A stretch of 64,000 bases of DNA from Octopus vulgaris (lineage: Eukaryota), in contig OX597820.1 of the NCBI GenBank assembly GCA_951406725.2, forward strand, positions 109,306,001 through 109,370,000, in the 5' to 3' direction. A program made the translations under genes and the position numbers. The notes beneath the pieces were generated by a model, which saw only the letters and a list, made by a program, of their open reading frames with translations, made no database searches and was not told the DNA's origin. Positions 1 through 11,779 of this stretch are shown piece after piece. Position 1 is the first letter of the stretch; every line of letters begins with the position of its first letter.

Positions 1-419
1 TTCACTCAATCGTGTTGACATTCATTTTAGGTACATTAATGCAGGGACATAGGAAACATACTGAAGGTTCTAAACTTAATCATACTTGACAGAAAGCATT
101 CAGAGCATTGATTGTTTAGTACTACCACTGGACTTGTTCAGTCAGCTGTGTCAGCCTTAATTTACGACACTAAACATTGTCACTTGATACTAACACATGG
201 ACGTAGTGGAGAACCTACAAAAATTTCTAAGACCTGTCATATGATTATCCTCTACTAATCAAAACCTATTCAAAACACATATTAATTTGAGCCATGAACT
301 CCCAATAAAAATAGGGCAAGCTTCAAACATTAGTCAGAAGCAAAACAGCTGTGACATAAGCCATGTCTTTCTATTTCAAATTTTTGAAAATCAGTACATT
401 TTTCCTATACGTAACGAAT

Positions 420-960
420 GCACAAACACACACACACAAACATACACACTCATATACAAAATGTCCTTTGCTATGTCGTATGTAACGAATGCCCACACAC
501 ACTCAGACACATGTACACTCATATACAAAATGTGTTGTAGTGGTGTTGTAAAATATCCTTTACTATGTCATACATAATGAACACAAACATACACACTCAT
601 ATACAAAATGTATCGTGGTAGTGGTATAAAATATCCTTTGCTATCTCATGCATAATGCCCTAACACACACACTCATATACAAAATGTGTCATGGGATAAA
701 ATGTCCTTTACATAATAAACATACACACACACTGACAGACACATACTCATATACAAAATGTGTTATTGTTGTCATATAAAATGTCCTTTACTATCTCGTA
801 TGTAACACACACACTCACATACACATATACAAAATGTGTCATGGTGGTGGTATAAAATGTCCTTTAGTATGTCGTACGCAATGAATGTGCAAACACAGAC
901 ACATACACACTCATATACAGAATCTGATGTTGTCATGGTGGTGGTATAAAATGTCCTTTA
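420..960. repeat. Degenerate minisatellite, ~65-85 bp unit
   Basis: Recurrent cacactcatatacaaaatgt...ataaaat(g/a)tccttt unit, about 7 copies; probably internal to the minus-strand Helitron whose 5' end is at 1094. Confidence 0.75.
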
Positions 961-999
961 TGATAGTTGACTATAGAAATATTGTTTTAATCCAAATGA

Positions 1000-1094
1000 A
1001 AATAAAAATTACATGTTGACACTTGATTTGGTGGAGCCGTTTGAGAATGCATAGGGGACAGACAGACAGACAAAGAATTTTGTATAGAGAGAGA
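1000..1094 (-). mobile_element. 5' end of non-autonomous Helitron
   Basis: Minus strand A|TCTCTCTCTATACAAAA...(GTCT)n...caaacggctccaccaaatc; same architecture as the 5' ends at 50328, 53150 and 63099. Confidence 0.55.
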
Positions 1095-1189
1095 TATAGA
1101 AAACACGTTTTTTATTCCACATGGGTAGAAATATAGGAAATGTATGTCTGTGTCTGTCTTAGTATATGTGTGTGAGAGTGTATGTGTGA

Positions 1190-1931
1190 TTGCCAACTAC
1201 ACTGATGAAAACTGGCTATGTGAAAAAGCTATACTGGCTCCAACTAATGAAATGATTGATAAACTCAATCATGAACTTCAAAAATTAACAGATACATCAG
1301 AAATGACTTTTCCATCAATTCACACAGAAGTTGATCAAGATCAGGCTGTTCAATACCCTGTCGAATTTCTGAACACACTTAAACTCACTGGAATGCTTAG
1401 GAATCTTGACCCACATTGCCTGTGTAATGGAACTCACATAATTGTTACTTCCATGAAGCCCCATGTCCTACAGGCAACAATCATAATAGGTAGTCACAAA
1501 GAAGAAAATGTCTTTATTACAAAATTTCCTCTCATACATTACAGATGTTCCATTTGGATTTTTCGAGGCTTCAGTTTCCAGTCAAACTAAGTTTTGGTAT
1601 TTCAGTTAACAAATCTCAGGGTCAGTTCCTCAAGGTAGTTGGACTTCATCTCTCTACTACATGCTTCTCCTATGGCCAACTCTATGTTGGTTGCTCAACA
1701 GTTCATTTGGACACCAACAAAAAATTACACAATGAATATTGTTTACCCTGAGGTGCTTCTAGATTGACAGATTTTCAGTTCTAAATTCTATTATCATTAC
1801 AATTAGGTTTTTCTTTAATAAAATATAGATATTTGAAATGATTATGAGAAAAATATATATCTTCATATTTATTGTTTACTAATCTGAATAAGAACAGCAG
1901 TAACCCTGGCAATGCCGGGTAATTCAGCTAG
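1190..1931 (+). mobile_element. Helitron 3' fragment: decayed Pif1-like helicase C-terminus plus 3' terminus
   Basis: WLCEKAILAPTN, YPVEFLN, LRNLDP..LCNGT, RLQFPVKL, NKSQGQ, FSYGQLYVGCS motifs (frameshifted); hairpin acccTggc-aat-gccgggt at 1903-1920, then CTAG|T at 1928-1932. Confidence 0.92.
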
Positions 1932-2015
1932 TCCTTGTATATATGTGTTTTAAATTACATGTATATGTGTGTGTGTGTCTGTAAATGATTTCAATAACAT
2001 AAGGTGTATTCATAT

Positions 2016-3240
2016 TTTTATTTATCTAGTTTCAGCTCACAAGCTGTGGCCATGCTGGGGCACCGCCATTTGGTGTTGCTACATGATTTTACTTCACAAG
2101 TGCTTTTTAGCAATTGCCATTTGGTGCATGAGAGAGTTCGATGCAGCTGCCGTCATCTGCACCTCCTGCCGTGAAGTTGGTTCATCTGGGATACCTGACA
2201 AGAAGAGATCCAGTTTCATTTTAAAGACATCTGCGTCCACCCCATGCATGTCTCTTAGGTTCTTCGGGAGGATATTGAAGAGCTGTGGGCCTCGGAAGCC
2301 CAGGCTATCACAGTATCTTGTCCTACATCTTGATGGCAAATTTGGAGTCCTTGGCACTATGCAGTGGTGCCCAGTTCTGGCATTTGTGTAACTCTCAATG
2401 CCAAAGTTTGGGACAAGTCCTTCTAGGATCTTCCAGATGTATATTATGGCATATCTTTCTTGCCTATGCTCTAAGGAATAGTCTTAATCTCTTGAGTCTT
2501 TCCCAGTAGCTTATATGCTGCACAGAGGCTATCTTCTTCGTGTAGCTTCGTTGGATCGCCTCAAGTTCTGTGATTAACTTGACACTGGATGGTGACCATA
2601 GCTGAGAGCAATAGTCAAAGTGGCTTAGGACAAGCATCCTCCAAAGGACCATCATGGTTTCCTGGTCTCTTGTTCTGAAGGTTCTAAGAATCCATCCGGT
2701 CAGCCGCCTACATTTCATTGCCAATTTAGCAACATGCACATGAAAGGTTGCATTATCACTCATGTAAATACCCAGGTCTCGCACTGATTGTGCCTCTGGG
2801 ATTGCAGTCCCTCCAGGTCCAGTGTATTTATTGGGTATTGCATTTAGTTTTGCGTGCTGATAGCATAGAGCTTGAAACTTTTCAGCATTGAACTGCATGC
2901 TATTCTTTTCAGTCCACTTGTATATTTTGTCCAGCTCACATTGCAGGTGCTTAATGTCTTCAGAGTTCTGTATTGCCTGTGAAACTTTTGTATCATCTGC
3001 ATAACTTGTGATTGTGGCTCTCTGCGTGGCTGAGGGCATGTCTGAGAGGGCCATTATGAACAGTAGTGGTCCCAAAACAGTGCCTTGCGGAACACCGCTC
3101 ACTATTTGCGTGTTAATGGAAGTGGCCCCATTGGCTACTACCACCTGACTTCTATCCTTCAGAAAGTTATGAAGCCATTCTCCCAATTTTCCAACTATGC
3201 CAAGATCACGCAGTTTGTGACATAGCATTCCATGATCGAC
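2016..3240 (-). mobile_element. 5'-truncated CR1/L2-group LINE (RT C-terminal half and 3' tail)
   Basis: SGVPQGTVLGPLLF, YADDTK, W..KNSMQFNAEK, VRDLGI, LEAIQR, YWERLKRL; frameshift near 2470; GPQLFNILP...FK.KLD.FL; short 3' UTR ending in an A-rich tail. Confidence 0.92.
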
Positions 3241-3283
3241 TGTACATATTTGTATATATCTTATGTATGTGTATATATATATA

Positions 3284-3848
3284 GGCACAGGAGTGGCTGT
3301 GTGGTATGTAGCTTGCTTACCAACAACATGGTTCCGGGTTCAGTCCCACTGCGTGGCACCTTGGGCAAATGTCTTCTACTATAGCCTTGGGCCAACCAAA
3401 ACTGTGTGAGTGGATTTGGTAGACAGAAACTGAAAGAAGCTCATCGTCGTCGTTTAATGTCCACTTTCCATGTTAGCATGGGTTGGACGGTTTGACTGTG
3501 GGCTGGCAAACCAGATGACTGCACCAAGCTCCAGTCTTGATCTGGCAGAGTTTTTACAGCTGGATGCCCTTCCTAACGCCAACCACTCTGAGAGTGTAGT
3601 GAGTGCCTTTATGTGCCACCGGCACAGAGGCCAGTCAGGCGGTACTGGCAGTGACCTTGCGTGTATATGTTTGTGGGTCTGTGTTTGTCCCTCCAACATT
3701 GCTTGACAACTGATGCTGGTGTGTTTATATCCCCGTAACTTAGCTGGTCGTCAAAAGAGACCGATAGAATAAGTACTAGGCTTACAAAGAATAAGTCCTG
3801 GGTGTCGATTTGCTCGACTAAAGGCATGACTGATACAAGTAAAAGAGT
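3284..3848 (+). mobile_element. tRNA-derived SINE, family A, interrupted by an RTE 3' UTR
   Basis: A box GTGGCTGTGTGG, B box GGTTCAGTCCC, ACCTTGGGCAA core, central microsatellite, AAGTAAAAGAGT tail; homologous to the copies at 17092, 20494 and 59723. Confidence 0.9.
3443..3660 (-). mobile_element. RTE LINE 3' UTR fragment nested in SINE
   Basis: ttccatg.tagcatgggttggac...gctggatgcccttcctaacgccaaccactc matches the 3' UTR attached to RTE coding sequence at 32424-33407. Confidence 0.85.
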
Positions 3849-4088
3849 ATATTTATAGATGTGTGTGTGTACTCATGTATGTTTATAAGTCTTATGAATA
3901 TATATATGTATATGTTGGTTTGAATATATGTGTATGTATGTATATATAATATATATGTGTATATATCTATGTGCTTTTGAGTCTGTCTATATAAATCTAT
4001 GATTGTCATAATAGTCAATGAGAATGCATTGTAGCTCCTGCATTTGAAACTCTGAGTCCTATTATGACAACTTACTGATTGTCATAAT

Positions 4089-4124
<36 letters not shown>

Positions 4125-4300
4125 AATAAAAAGGGTTCAGCAAAAGAATTGCCTCACCGCATACCGAAGTTCAGAAATAGCAGCCAAAATCTTAGCCATT
4201 TCTTCTACTTAAAAAAGGGGTCTTCCAGAGAACCCAAAATACTTGAAGTTTAATCACACAAGTGGAGAGTAAAGCAACAAACATCAATCAATATCCGATC

Positions 4301-4391
4301 ATCCATAGACGCGCGTATCTGAATTAGGTTTTTTCATAAAGAATATAAAAAAATATATACTTTACTAACCATATTCTTCATCAGTATGGAT
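4301..4391 (-). ncRNA. Degenerate type I hammerhead ribozyme motif in a PLE pseudo-LTR remnant (~4120-4530)
   Basis: Minus strand ATCCATA-CTGATGA-[long stem II]-GATAC-GCGC-GTC-TATGGAT; GAAA mutated to GATA. Confidence 0.6.
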
Positions 4392-4529
4392 TTTCTGTTA
4401 TAATCCGGAGGTACTAGAACATTTGAACAAATTATTTCATATAACGGTGTTTAGCCATTCGCATTCGATGTTAGTACCGCTAGATTCAAAATATGAATGA
4501 GAACCGCTTAGCGAAAGCTATTGACTACT

Positions 4530-5100
4530 TCTAGTTTCTCCCCTGGCATGTGATGCAATCTGTTGTCTGTACATCTTCTGCCCCAGTGCATCTGCCACGC
4601 ACAAAAACTATTTTCCTGGTTAATCTTCCTTTGATATTGCTGCACCTTTTATGTGTCCATAGCTTACACTGAGTATGGAGTTTCTATCCACGCCTTTTCT
4701 ACAGATCAAGCGGGGCCATCTACTTGAAGGGGGTTGTGATTTGACAGCCTTCCTACTTACTAAGACTTTGGTTTTTGCTAGGTTAACCCAAGGCCCTTCA
4801 ATTCTAGACCTTGCTTCCACACCCTAAACTTTGTCTTCCGTTCTGGCAGTGACTCAGATATTAGAGCAAGGTCATCTGCATAGAGGAGCTCCCAGGGGCA
4901 GCCTGTCTTGAATTCCTCTGTGATAGCCTGGAGGACTATAATGAATAAGAGGGGTTTGAGGACTGATCCTTGGTGAATCCCTACTACTATTCTTCCCTAT
5001 ACTCGTTGCCAACTCTCACCGTAGTGGCAGCATTCCTGTACATGGCTTGTACAGCTCTTACCAGCCACTTGTCTATCTGTCTATTCCCAGTTTCTGCATT
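4530..5100 (-). mobile_element. RTE-clade LINE RT fragment
   Basis: WLVRAVQAMYRNA, HQGSVLKPLLF, ELLYADDLAL, VNLAKTKVL, followed by a Cys/His-rich insert. Confidence 0.88.
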
Positions 5101-5114
5101 AATCATCAGATAAT

Positions 5115-5574
5115 GCCCTTGCATTTAATAACTCTGCAAAGAAATAGGCTTGGCGAAGCCCTTTTGAAAGATTGCTGAATATGGAGAATGAATGGGAGGA
5201 AGCGAGTCTACCAAAGGTTGACCCAATTGAGGGGCCAGCTATCCAAATCGACTGTACCCAGCAGAGAAAACAAATAAAGGATATGAAGACAGGGAGAGCA
5301 CCTGGTCCATCAGGAATCACCGCTAGGATGCTTAAACTATCGGGCGGTGTGGGTTATGGTCTTGTCACCTGCATTGTAAACCAGGTAGTTCATGAAGGAG
5401 TCATACCCAATGACTGATGTAGCAGCACCATAGCCAATTGCTACAAGGGAAAAGGTGATGCTTTAGATAGAAATAACTACAGGGGTATCAAATTACTGGA
5501 TCAGGTAATGAAAGTTACAGAGAGGGTCATAGCCCAACTAATTAGGGAGAGAGTTAGCCTAGATGAGATGCAGT
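5115..5574 (+). mobile_element. RTE-clade LINE, N-terminal RT region (inverted relative to 4530-5100)
   Basis: LLNMENEW, MKTGRAPGPSGI, IPND*, YKGKGDAL..NNYRGIKLLDQVMKVTERV...DEMQ. Confidence 0.88.
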
Positions 5575-6009
5575 GAAAAACATAAACCAAAATAAAGGGT
5601 ATTGGAATATCCTTCAAAGATGAATTCCAAAATAGCGGTTCTATCTTACCTGTAAATTCCATAACTTATGAAATTGAGATATTACACTCAATAAACGTAA
5701 TTTATCAATATAATAATTATAATAATAATAAAAATATTAGGGAGTAAATCCAAACTTACAGGGAAAAATTAGATTTAGGATTAAATCAAATTTCACAGTA
5801 TAAATATAAATTAAATTAGAGATAAAACCACTATTAGGCAAATCAAACAGTGGAAAACATAAACCAAAACATAGGGTATTGGAATATCCTTCAAAGATGA
5901 ATTCCAAAATAGTTCCATAACTTATGAAATTGAGATATTACACTCAATAAACGTAATTTATCAATATAATAATTGTAATAATAATAATATTAGGGAGTAA
6001 ATCCAAACA
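5572..6009. repeat. Tandem duplication, ~278-bp period (1.6 copies), probable PLE pseudo-LTR end
   Basis: agtg.aaaacataaaccaaaa...tattagggagtaaatccaaac occurs at 5572 and 5850. Confidence 0.8.
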
Positions 6010-6062
6010 TGTATGTATATATATATTTATATCATGTATGTATGTATATCTATGTATTTATA

Positions 6063-6988
6063 CAGTTGCGGCCAAAATGTTCAGAACGGCATTGTTTTCA
6101 TCAGAAAAGTAGGTATAAGTTTTTATCAAAGTTGTTTTATATTCTATAATTTTCACAGACAATAAATACGATATTAATTATTATTGTCTGAGATTTTGGT
6201 GTAATTTGAGAGGATAATACAAAAGTTATGGATGATTTTGTGATTTACTGCAAAACCCATGGCAGCCAAAATGATCAGAACGGTTGAAAAAATAACAAAA
6301 TATTCAAAAGTGACAAAGAATACTGGAATTATTCAATATTTAGTGTGAAGCCCTTTAGCTTCAATCACACTTTGACATCTTCGACTGCATGAGGAAATTA
6401 AATTTTCAATTTCTTGCTGGGTGATCTTATTCCATTCTTCCTGAAGGGCATTCCATAATTCCTCAGTTGTTTTAAGATTTCTGGCTTTCGAACGTTCTCC
6501 TAGAATATTCCACACATTTTAAATAGGATTGAGATCTGGGCTTTGAGTAGGCCAATCCATAACAATAACCTTTTCAGCCTTGAGGAAGTTCATGACCACC
6601 TTAGCCTTGTGACATGGGGCATTGTCCTGCATGACTATGGGTGGTCGCTTAGTTGAATTTCTCAGCACAGGCAAGACATGATTTTTTACAAGTTGTTTAT
6701 AAATTCCTGCATTTACCTTTCCATGTAATTGCACCAAAGGGCCCACACCATCTCCAGATATCATTCCCCAAACCATGACACTTCCTCCACCGAATTTAAC
6801 ACTAGTCTTAAGGCATTTAGGCGACAATTTTTCACCTGCTTTTCGACGAACGTACCTTTTCCCATCTGAGCCAAATAACATAGACTTAGGTTCATCACTG
6901 AAATGCACCGTTTGCCATTTTTCTTGAGACCACAACACATGTTCTGTTGCAAAGGTAAGACGACACTTTTTATTCTTGGAGCTGATCA
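6063..6988 (-). mobile_element. Tc1-family DNA transposon, 3' half (DD34E transposase pseudogene, IR/DR-type TIR)
   Basis: FSDE, VKFGGGSVMVWG, QDNAPCH, WPTQSPDLNPI* (catalytic E mutated to stop); TA|CAGTTGCGGCCAAAATGTTCAGAACGG end with inner direct repeat at ~6261. Confidence 0.93.
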
Positions 6989-7426
6989 GTGGCTTCACTG
7001 CAGGTGAAAATCAAGAGGCGGGGCAAGATCAGCAAAGGCATCCTCCTCCTGCAGGACAATGCTCCGGTTCACAACTCGATGGTCGCCAGATCAGAAGCAC
7101 AGGCGTGCGGCTATGAACTCCTCCCCCACGCCCCAACTCTCTTGACCTTGCACCCTCGGATTTTCACCTCTTCCCAGCCATGAAGTTGTTTTTGAAAGGA
7201 AAGCATTTCCCAGATGATGCAGCCTTGATTTTTGACGTCACGTCGTGGTTGGAGGACCAAGCTGGGGTCTTCTACAAAAACGGTCTCCAGAGCTGCATCA
7301 AACGATGGGAGAAATGCGTAACTCTGGGTGGTTTCTATGTAGAAAAAGACTAATAACTGTGCCAAGTTTCGTTGCTCTACTGCTATGGGAAGTGGGTCAG
7401 AGGCATTACTTATTGAACGCCCCTCG
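6989..7426 (+). mobile_element. mariner-family transposon, 3' fragment
   Basis: LLLQDNAPVH, LLPHAP..DLAPSDFHLF, RWEKCV..GG.YVEK*; end ...GAACGCCCCTCG|TA. Confidence 0.92.
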
Positions 7427-7520
7427 TATGTAGAAACTCTGTAAGGTATACTCTGTGCAAACTTTGCACACATAAGAGGTGCAGCAGTATGGGGGTGGGG
7501 TTAACAAAGAAAGTAGTCTT

Positions 7521-7905
7521 TGTACAGGTGCAATAAACACTAGAATTATAGAGAAAATAGACTTCATCAAATGCCCAGGAACATACCTAGAAGTCAGTAA
7601 TATAGGTGGATGCTCTGAGAGCATAGCTGCTAGAATAAGAACAAACTGGGCAAACTTCAGGGAGCTTCTAAATTTATTGATTAGAAGGGCTTCTTCTTTA
7701 GAGTGAAAGGCAGATTGTATGGTGCCTGTGTGTGAACAGCCATGCTACATGGCAGTGAAACATGGGCTGTGACTACAGCAGACATGTGAAGGCTTGAAAG
7801 AAATGAAGCTAGTATGTTTTGCTGGATTTGCAATATCAGTGTGCATGTACCACAGAATGTAAGTGGCTTTAAAGAATTGTGTATAAGAGCATCAAAGTGT
7901 GGGTG
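7521..7905 (+). mobile_element. RTE LINE C-terminal fragment
   Basis: CTGAINT, GGCSESIAARIRTNWANFREL, KGRLY.ACV, AMLHGSETWA, LERNEASM. Confidence 0.85.
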
Positions 7906-8756
7906 TGAAAAATTGAAAATCAGTACATATTCACAACTATGAGACAGTATATTTTACCCATTACTTCTCAGTCTGTGAGAGAAAGCAAAAATTACTACCT
8001 GTATCAATGTATATAATACTGACTTCTAGGTATGTTCCCGGGCATTTGATGAAGTCTATTTTCTCTATAATTCTAGTGTTTATTGCACCTGTACATCTGC
8101 CATACACAAAGTAATGAAAATCTGCTGAAGAAAAGTGTAAATTTCCATTTCAAAATTTTCAAGTGATTTGTTCAAATATGTTCAAATATTTGGCAGCCTT
8201 TCTCTCCAAGTTTTCTCACAAATGTCTTCACCACCTGTTTACAGACAAACATTTTTACTCCAGTGACATGTTTGGTAAATATACTATTCATAGCTGTAAG
8301 CAAGTGTATATTAACTCATCACTTCTCAATCAGAGAAGTGTACAAAAAATTGAAAATCACAACTTGTACTTAGTAATGAAATTAACCAGTGTAACCACAA
8401 TACCTTACCAATGTGTGTGTGTGTCTAACTTTACATGGTTCCTATACATGAAATCATATTAAGCTAGGATTTTGGGGGTTAGCTGCAGTTGTCTTTTCAC
8501 AGATAAGGCCTACCAATATTGGGCTATGCCTTATAGGATTATATATGTATACATTCCAAAATGTAACTACATGTGGACTGTTGGTGATTTTTTTTTCTGT
8601 CTTTCCTGTTTTTGAAGAAGAGCTTTGCTTGAAGTGTATAACACCTTTTCTTTCCTTCCCAGAGCGGCTTATTAATACTTTGCATATACCATATCCTCAC
8701 ATTGTTTTTTCTTGTATTTTTTCTCCATTTTTTTTATTAACTATACACACACACAC

Positions 8757-9330
8757 ATCATAATCATCATCATTTAATGTCTGTTGTCCATGTTGGCATG
8801 AGTTGGATGATTTAACCAGGGCTGGCAAGCTGGAAGGCAGCACCAGACTCGTCTGATTTGGCTGGATGCCCTTCTTAACACCAACTACTCTGAGAGTGTA
8901 ATGGGTGCTTTTACGTACAACTGGTATCTGCCACAACTGTGACTTGGCTTGATGGGTCTTCTTCTGAAGCATGACATAATGCTAAAGTCATTGTTTCTGT
9001 GAGACCCAACACTTGAAAGGAATTTTTTACATGCCACTATCATCGGCCACTTTGCCTCTAACACTCAAAAGGTGCTGTTTACATACCACCAGCACATGTA
9101 CCAGCATCAGCCATGACTAGGTTTTCTCAAGCACAGTCAATGGTCTCAATCACTAGTCATTGCCTCTGTGAGTCCTAAAGTCCAAAGATCATGCTTCACC
9201 ACCTCGTCCCATGTCTACCTTTACCACAGTTAGAGATCAGCACTTCTTTACACAGCTGTCCTCTTCCATACGCATCACATGGCACACCACATCTGATGCC
9301 TCTTACACCATCATCCATGCGGACACACTT
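8757..9330 (-). mobile_element. Decayed RTE LINE 3' end
   Basis: (GAT)n tail, same 3' UTR motifs, and GR...TWDEVVKHD C-terminus as at 33114-33395. Confidence 0.8.
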
Positions 9331-11339
9331 CTCTCCTGTGACATCACAATTTTCTCTCACACACTGTCTTGCAATCAAATATACTTCAAGTTTTTGTTCT
9401 TTCTTTTTTGCTTCTCTCCTGGCTCGATAGATCTGTCTCCTAGCTTCCCTTCTGGCTATCCGATATAGTTCCCTGCTACCCCCATTCTTTCAGGCCATTG
9501 AGGCCTGTTTCTTTGCTGCAAACATAAATAGGTCATTGTGTAAATTAAGTAAAGTAGCTACTGTTGGTTAGTTCATTATATATAGAGAGAAAGGGGGAGG
9601 TGGTTTGATAATTTTACTCTTACAGCTGTTTCTAATTGGGGGGGGGGGGCAACTTGTAATGGTTTACACATCATACCAGTATTATACAAAGGTTGAACAA
9701 AAATTGGACAGGGGTTGGACAATAATTGAGCCCCAAAGCCTCATTAGAGAATCCATAATGGTAAGAATCAAACATGTGAGGAAGTAAAATAAAATAATAA
9801 AAATAGTAAGGCAAAAGTAATAAAGTCAATTCCAAGGTAATATCCATAGGTTATGAGATTACATCTTATTTCAATTTACTAGGGAATATAGCAAGAGTAA
9901 GACATAGTGGAGTGGGGATGGTCCATACTACAGGGGTCAAAATTTAGAAGCTAATGGCTATGTAATAGGATATCATAGAATTAACAAGGTTAACTTAATG
10001 TGAACTTATTTGGGGATATCAATACATAACTATATCAATGAAGAAATAATTTGGGTAAAAATTAAGTGTGCTGTTATTACTTATTAACAAAAAACTCATC
10101 ATAATAGTAGGGTGAGGCCAAAGTTAATCCTACAACATAATTGGTCTGCTAGTATTTGAAAGCAATGGTGTTGTTTAGGTCCATTAAATCTATCAATATG
10201 TAAGAACGACTGTGCGCGGGAGAGATGATGAATGAATGACTCCTTTAATACATCGCACGGTTGCTTACAATAAAAGCAAAGAGGATAAATGAGTACGAGT
10301 GCCAGAAGGAAAGGAAAGAAACACAACCGTTAGAATGTTTAAGAGAAAGATTTTATTTATGTATTAAGCATGTGTGTGTCATATGTACATATATAAATAA
10401 TATTAATGATAGACAGGCCGTCATGTATACATAATGTGTATGTGTGTACAAACAAGGGCATATGCGTGTGAGATAAAATACAGAGCATGGAAAGAGTTTA
10501 TTAATGAGTTATTTATCTTCCTTGGGTCTGAACATTCTAATACCAGTTCGTAGTAAGGTACACAATAGTTGAAGTGCTGTAACAAGAAGTTGTGGTGAAG
10601 AAGCAGAGCCAGTTGAAGTACATGTCATGTAAGAAGTTGTAGCTACTATGCCACTGCCAGTCACTTGATACAGGAAGAACTCGCAGATTGTATTTGCTAT
10701 TAACCATGGTGAAGCAATTCACAAACAATGAGGAGATAGAACCAGCCAATGGTTGCTGTGTATGTAGAGATGTGGCTGGTGACATTAAGAAGATGGAGCC
10801 GACAGAGATGGAGGTCCTGTATGCTGCTGGACGAAGTGTTGATGTTTCTTCATGTGGGCTGCTGTTGTCTGTTGTCGCTGGAACTGGCTGTGTGCTCTGT
10901 GGTCAGTGGTTAGACCTTAGAAGACCTTAGAAGACCTTGACTCGATGAATCGCTGAAGTTTTATAGTAAGCTATTGGTGCAGACGGAGATTTAGAAAAGA
11001 TTGTCACGGGTCCTTATCAGAAGGTTGCGATTGGATGGGTTGCATATTGGCACGCAATAGAGCAAGAGACAAACTGCGCCAATATCAACCAATCAGAGTA
11101 GTGGACACAACAGGGTTCAAGCAGCCAAAGGCTAGCTGTTATCTGCTATGCCCGTACTTATGCATATATAACAGAGAGAGAGAGAGAGAATTTCACTAAG
11201 CGTCAGCTACAAATAAAATACAAAATAAATGAAAATATTCAAAGAATGAATTGCCTAAGAGGCCTTACATAGTAAAGGGCTAGTAAATAATATTTGTGGT
11301 TAGGGATATGTTATTATGTTATGAATACATCTAAGATAC

Positions 11340-11725
11340 ATATTGATTTACAAATAATTGTCTGAACGAGAAAAGAAAAGATGAAAAATGAATGGAAATT
11401 TTTACATTCATAGACAGGGTAATACAATATAATGATGATGATGATGATGATGAGGATGATGAATGCAGAGAAATATTTAGGCACTAAAATAAGGTTGAGG
11501 AGTAGTAAATAATACTTGCAATCAGGGGTATGTTATTCTGATATGAATAGATCTAAGCTACATCTCCAATTAACAAGTAATTGTCTGAATGAGAAAAGAA
11601 AAGGTGAGAAGAAAGGAATGAAAAGATATTTATAATTATAGACTATAACTAAAGGGAGGTAACCGTGTAATGCATTATAATAGAATACAGAGAGATATTA
11701 AGCACTAAAATAAGGTTGAGGTTAA
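11340..11725. repeat. Diverged tandem duplication, ~222-bp period
   Basis: taattgtctgaa.gagaaaagaaaag at ~11355 and ~11578; gcactaaaataaggttgagg at 11481 and 11702. Confidence 0.75.
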
Positions 11726-11779
11726 TTTCAAATATAGAGAAAAACAGAGAGTATTCAGGTTAGGATAGAAGTAGAGCTT

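Noticed and set aside
420-960. Repeat with variable spacers resembling a CRISPR array
   Set aside because: Units are degenerate, the spacers are mutually homologous, the context is eukaryotic and there are no cas genes
1144-1751. Host PIF1 gene
   Set aside because: Intronless, frameshifted and followed by a Helitron hairpin-CTAG terminus
3284-3356. tRNA gene
   Set aside because: A and B boxes belong to SINE heads; no complete cloverleaf
10099-10326. CFYCKQPC as a gag zinc knuckle
   Set aside because: Lacks the GH and final C spacing, and no other gag, pol or LTR evidence nearby
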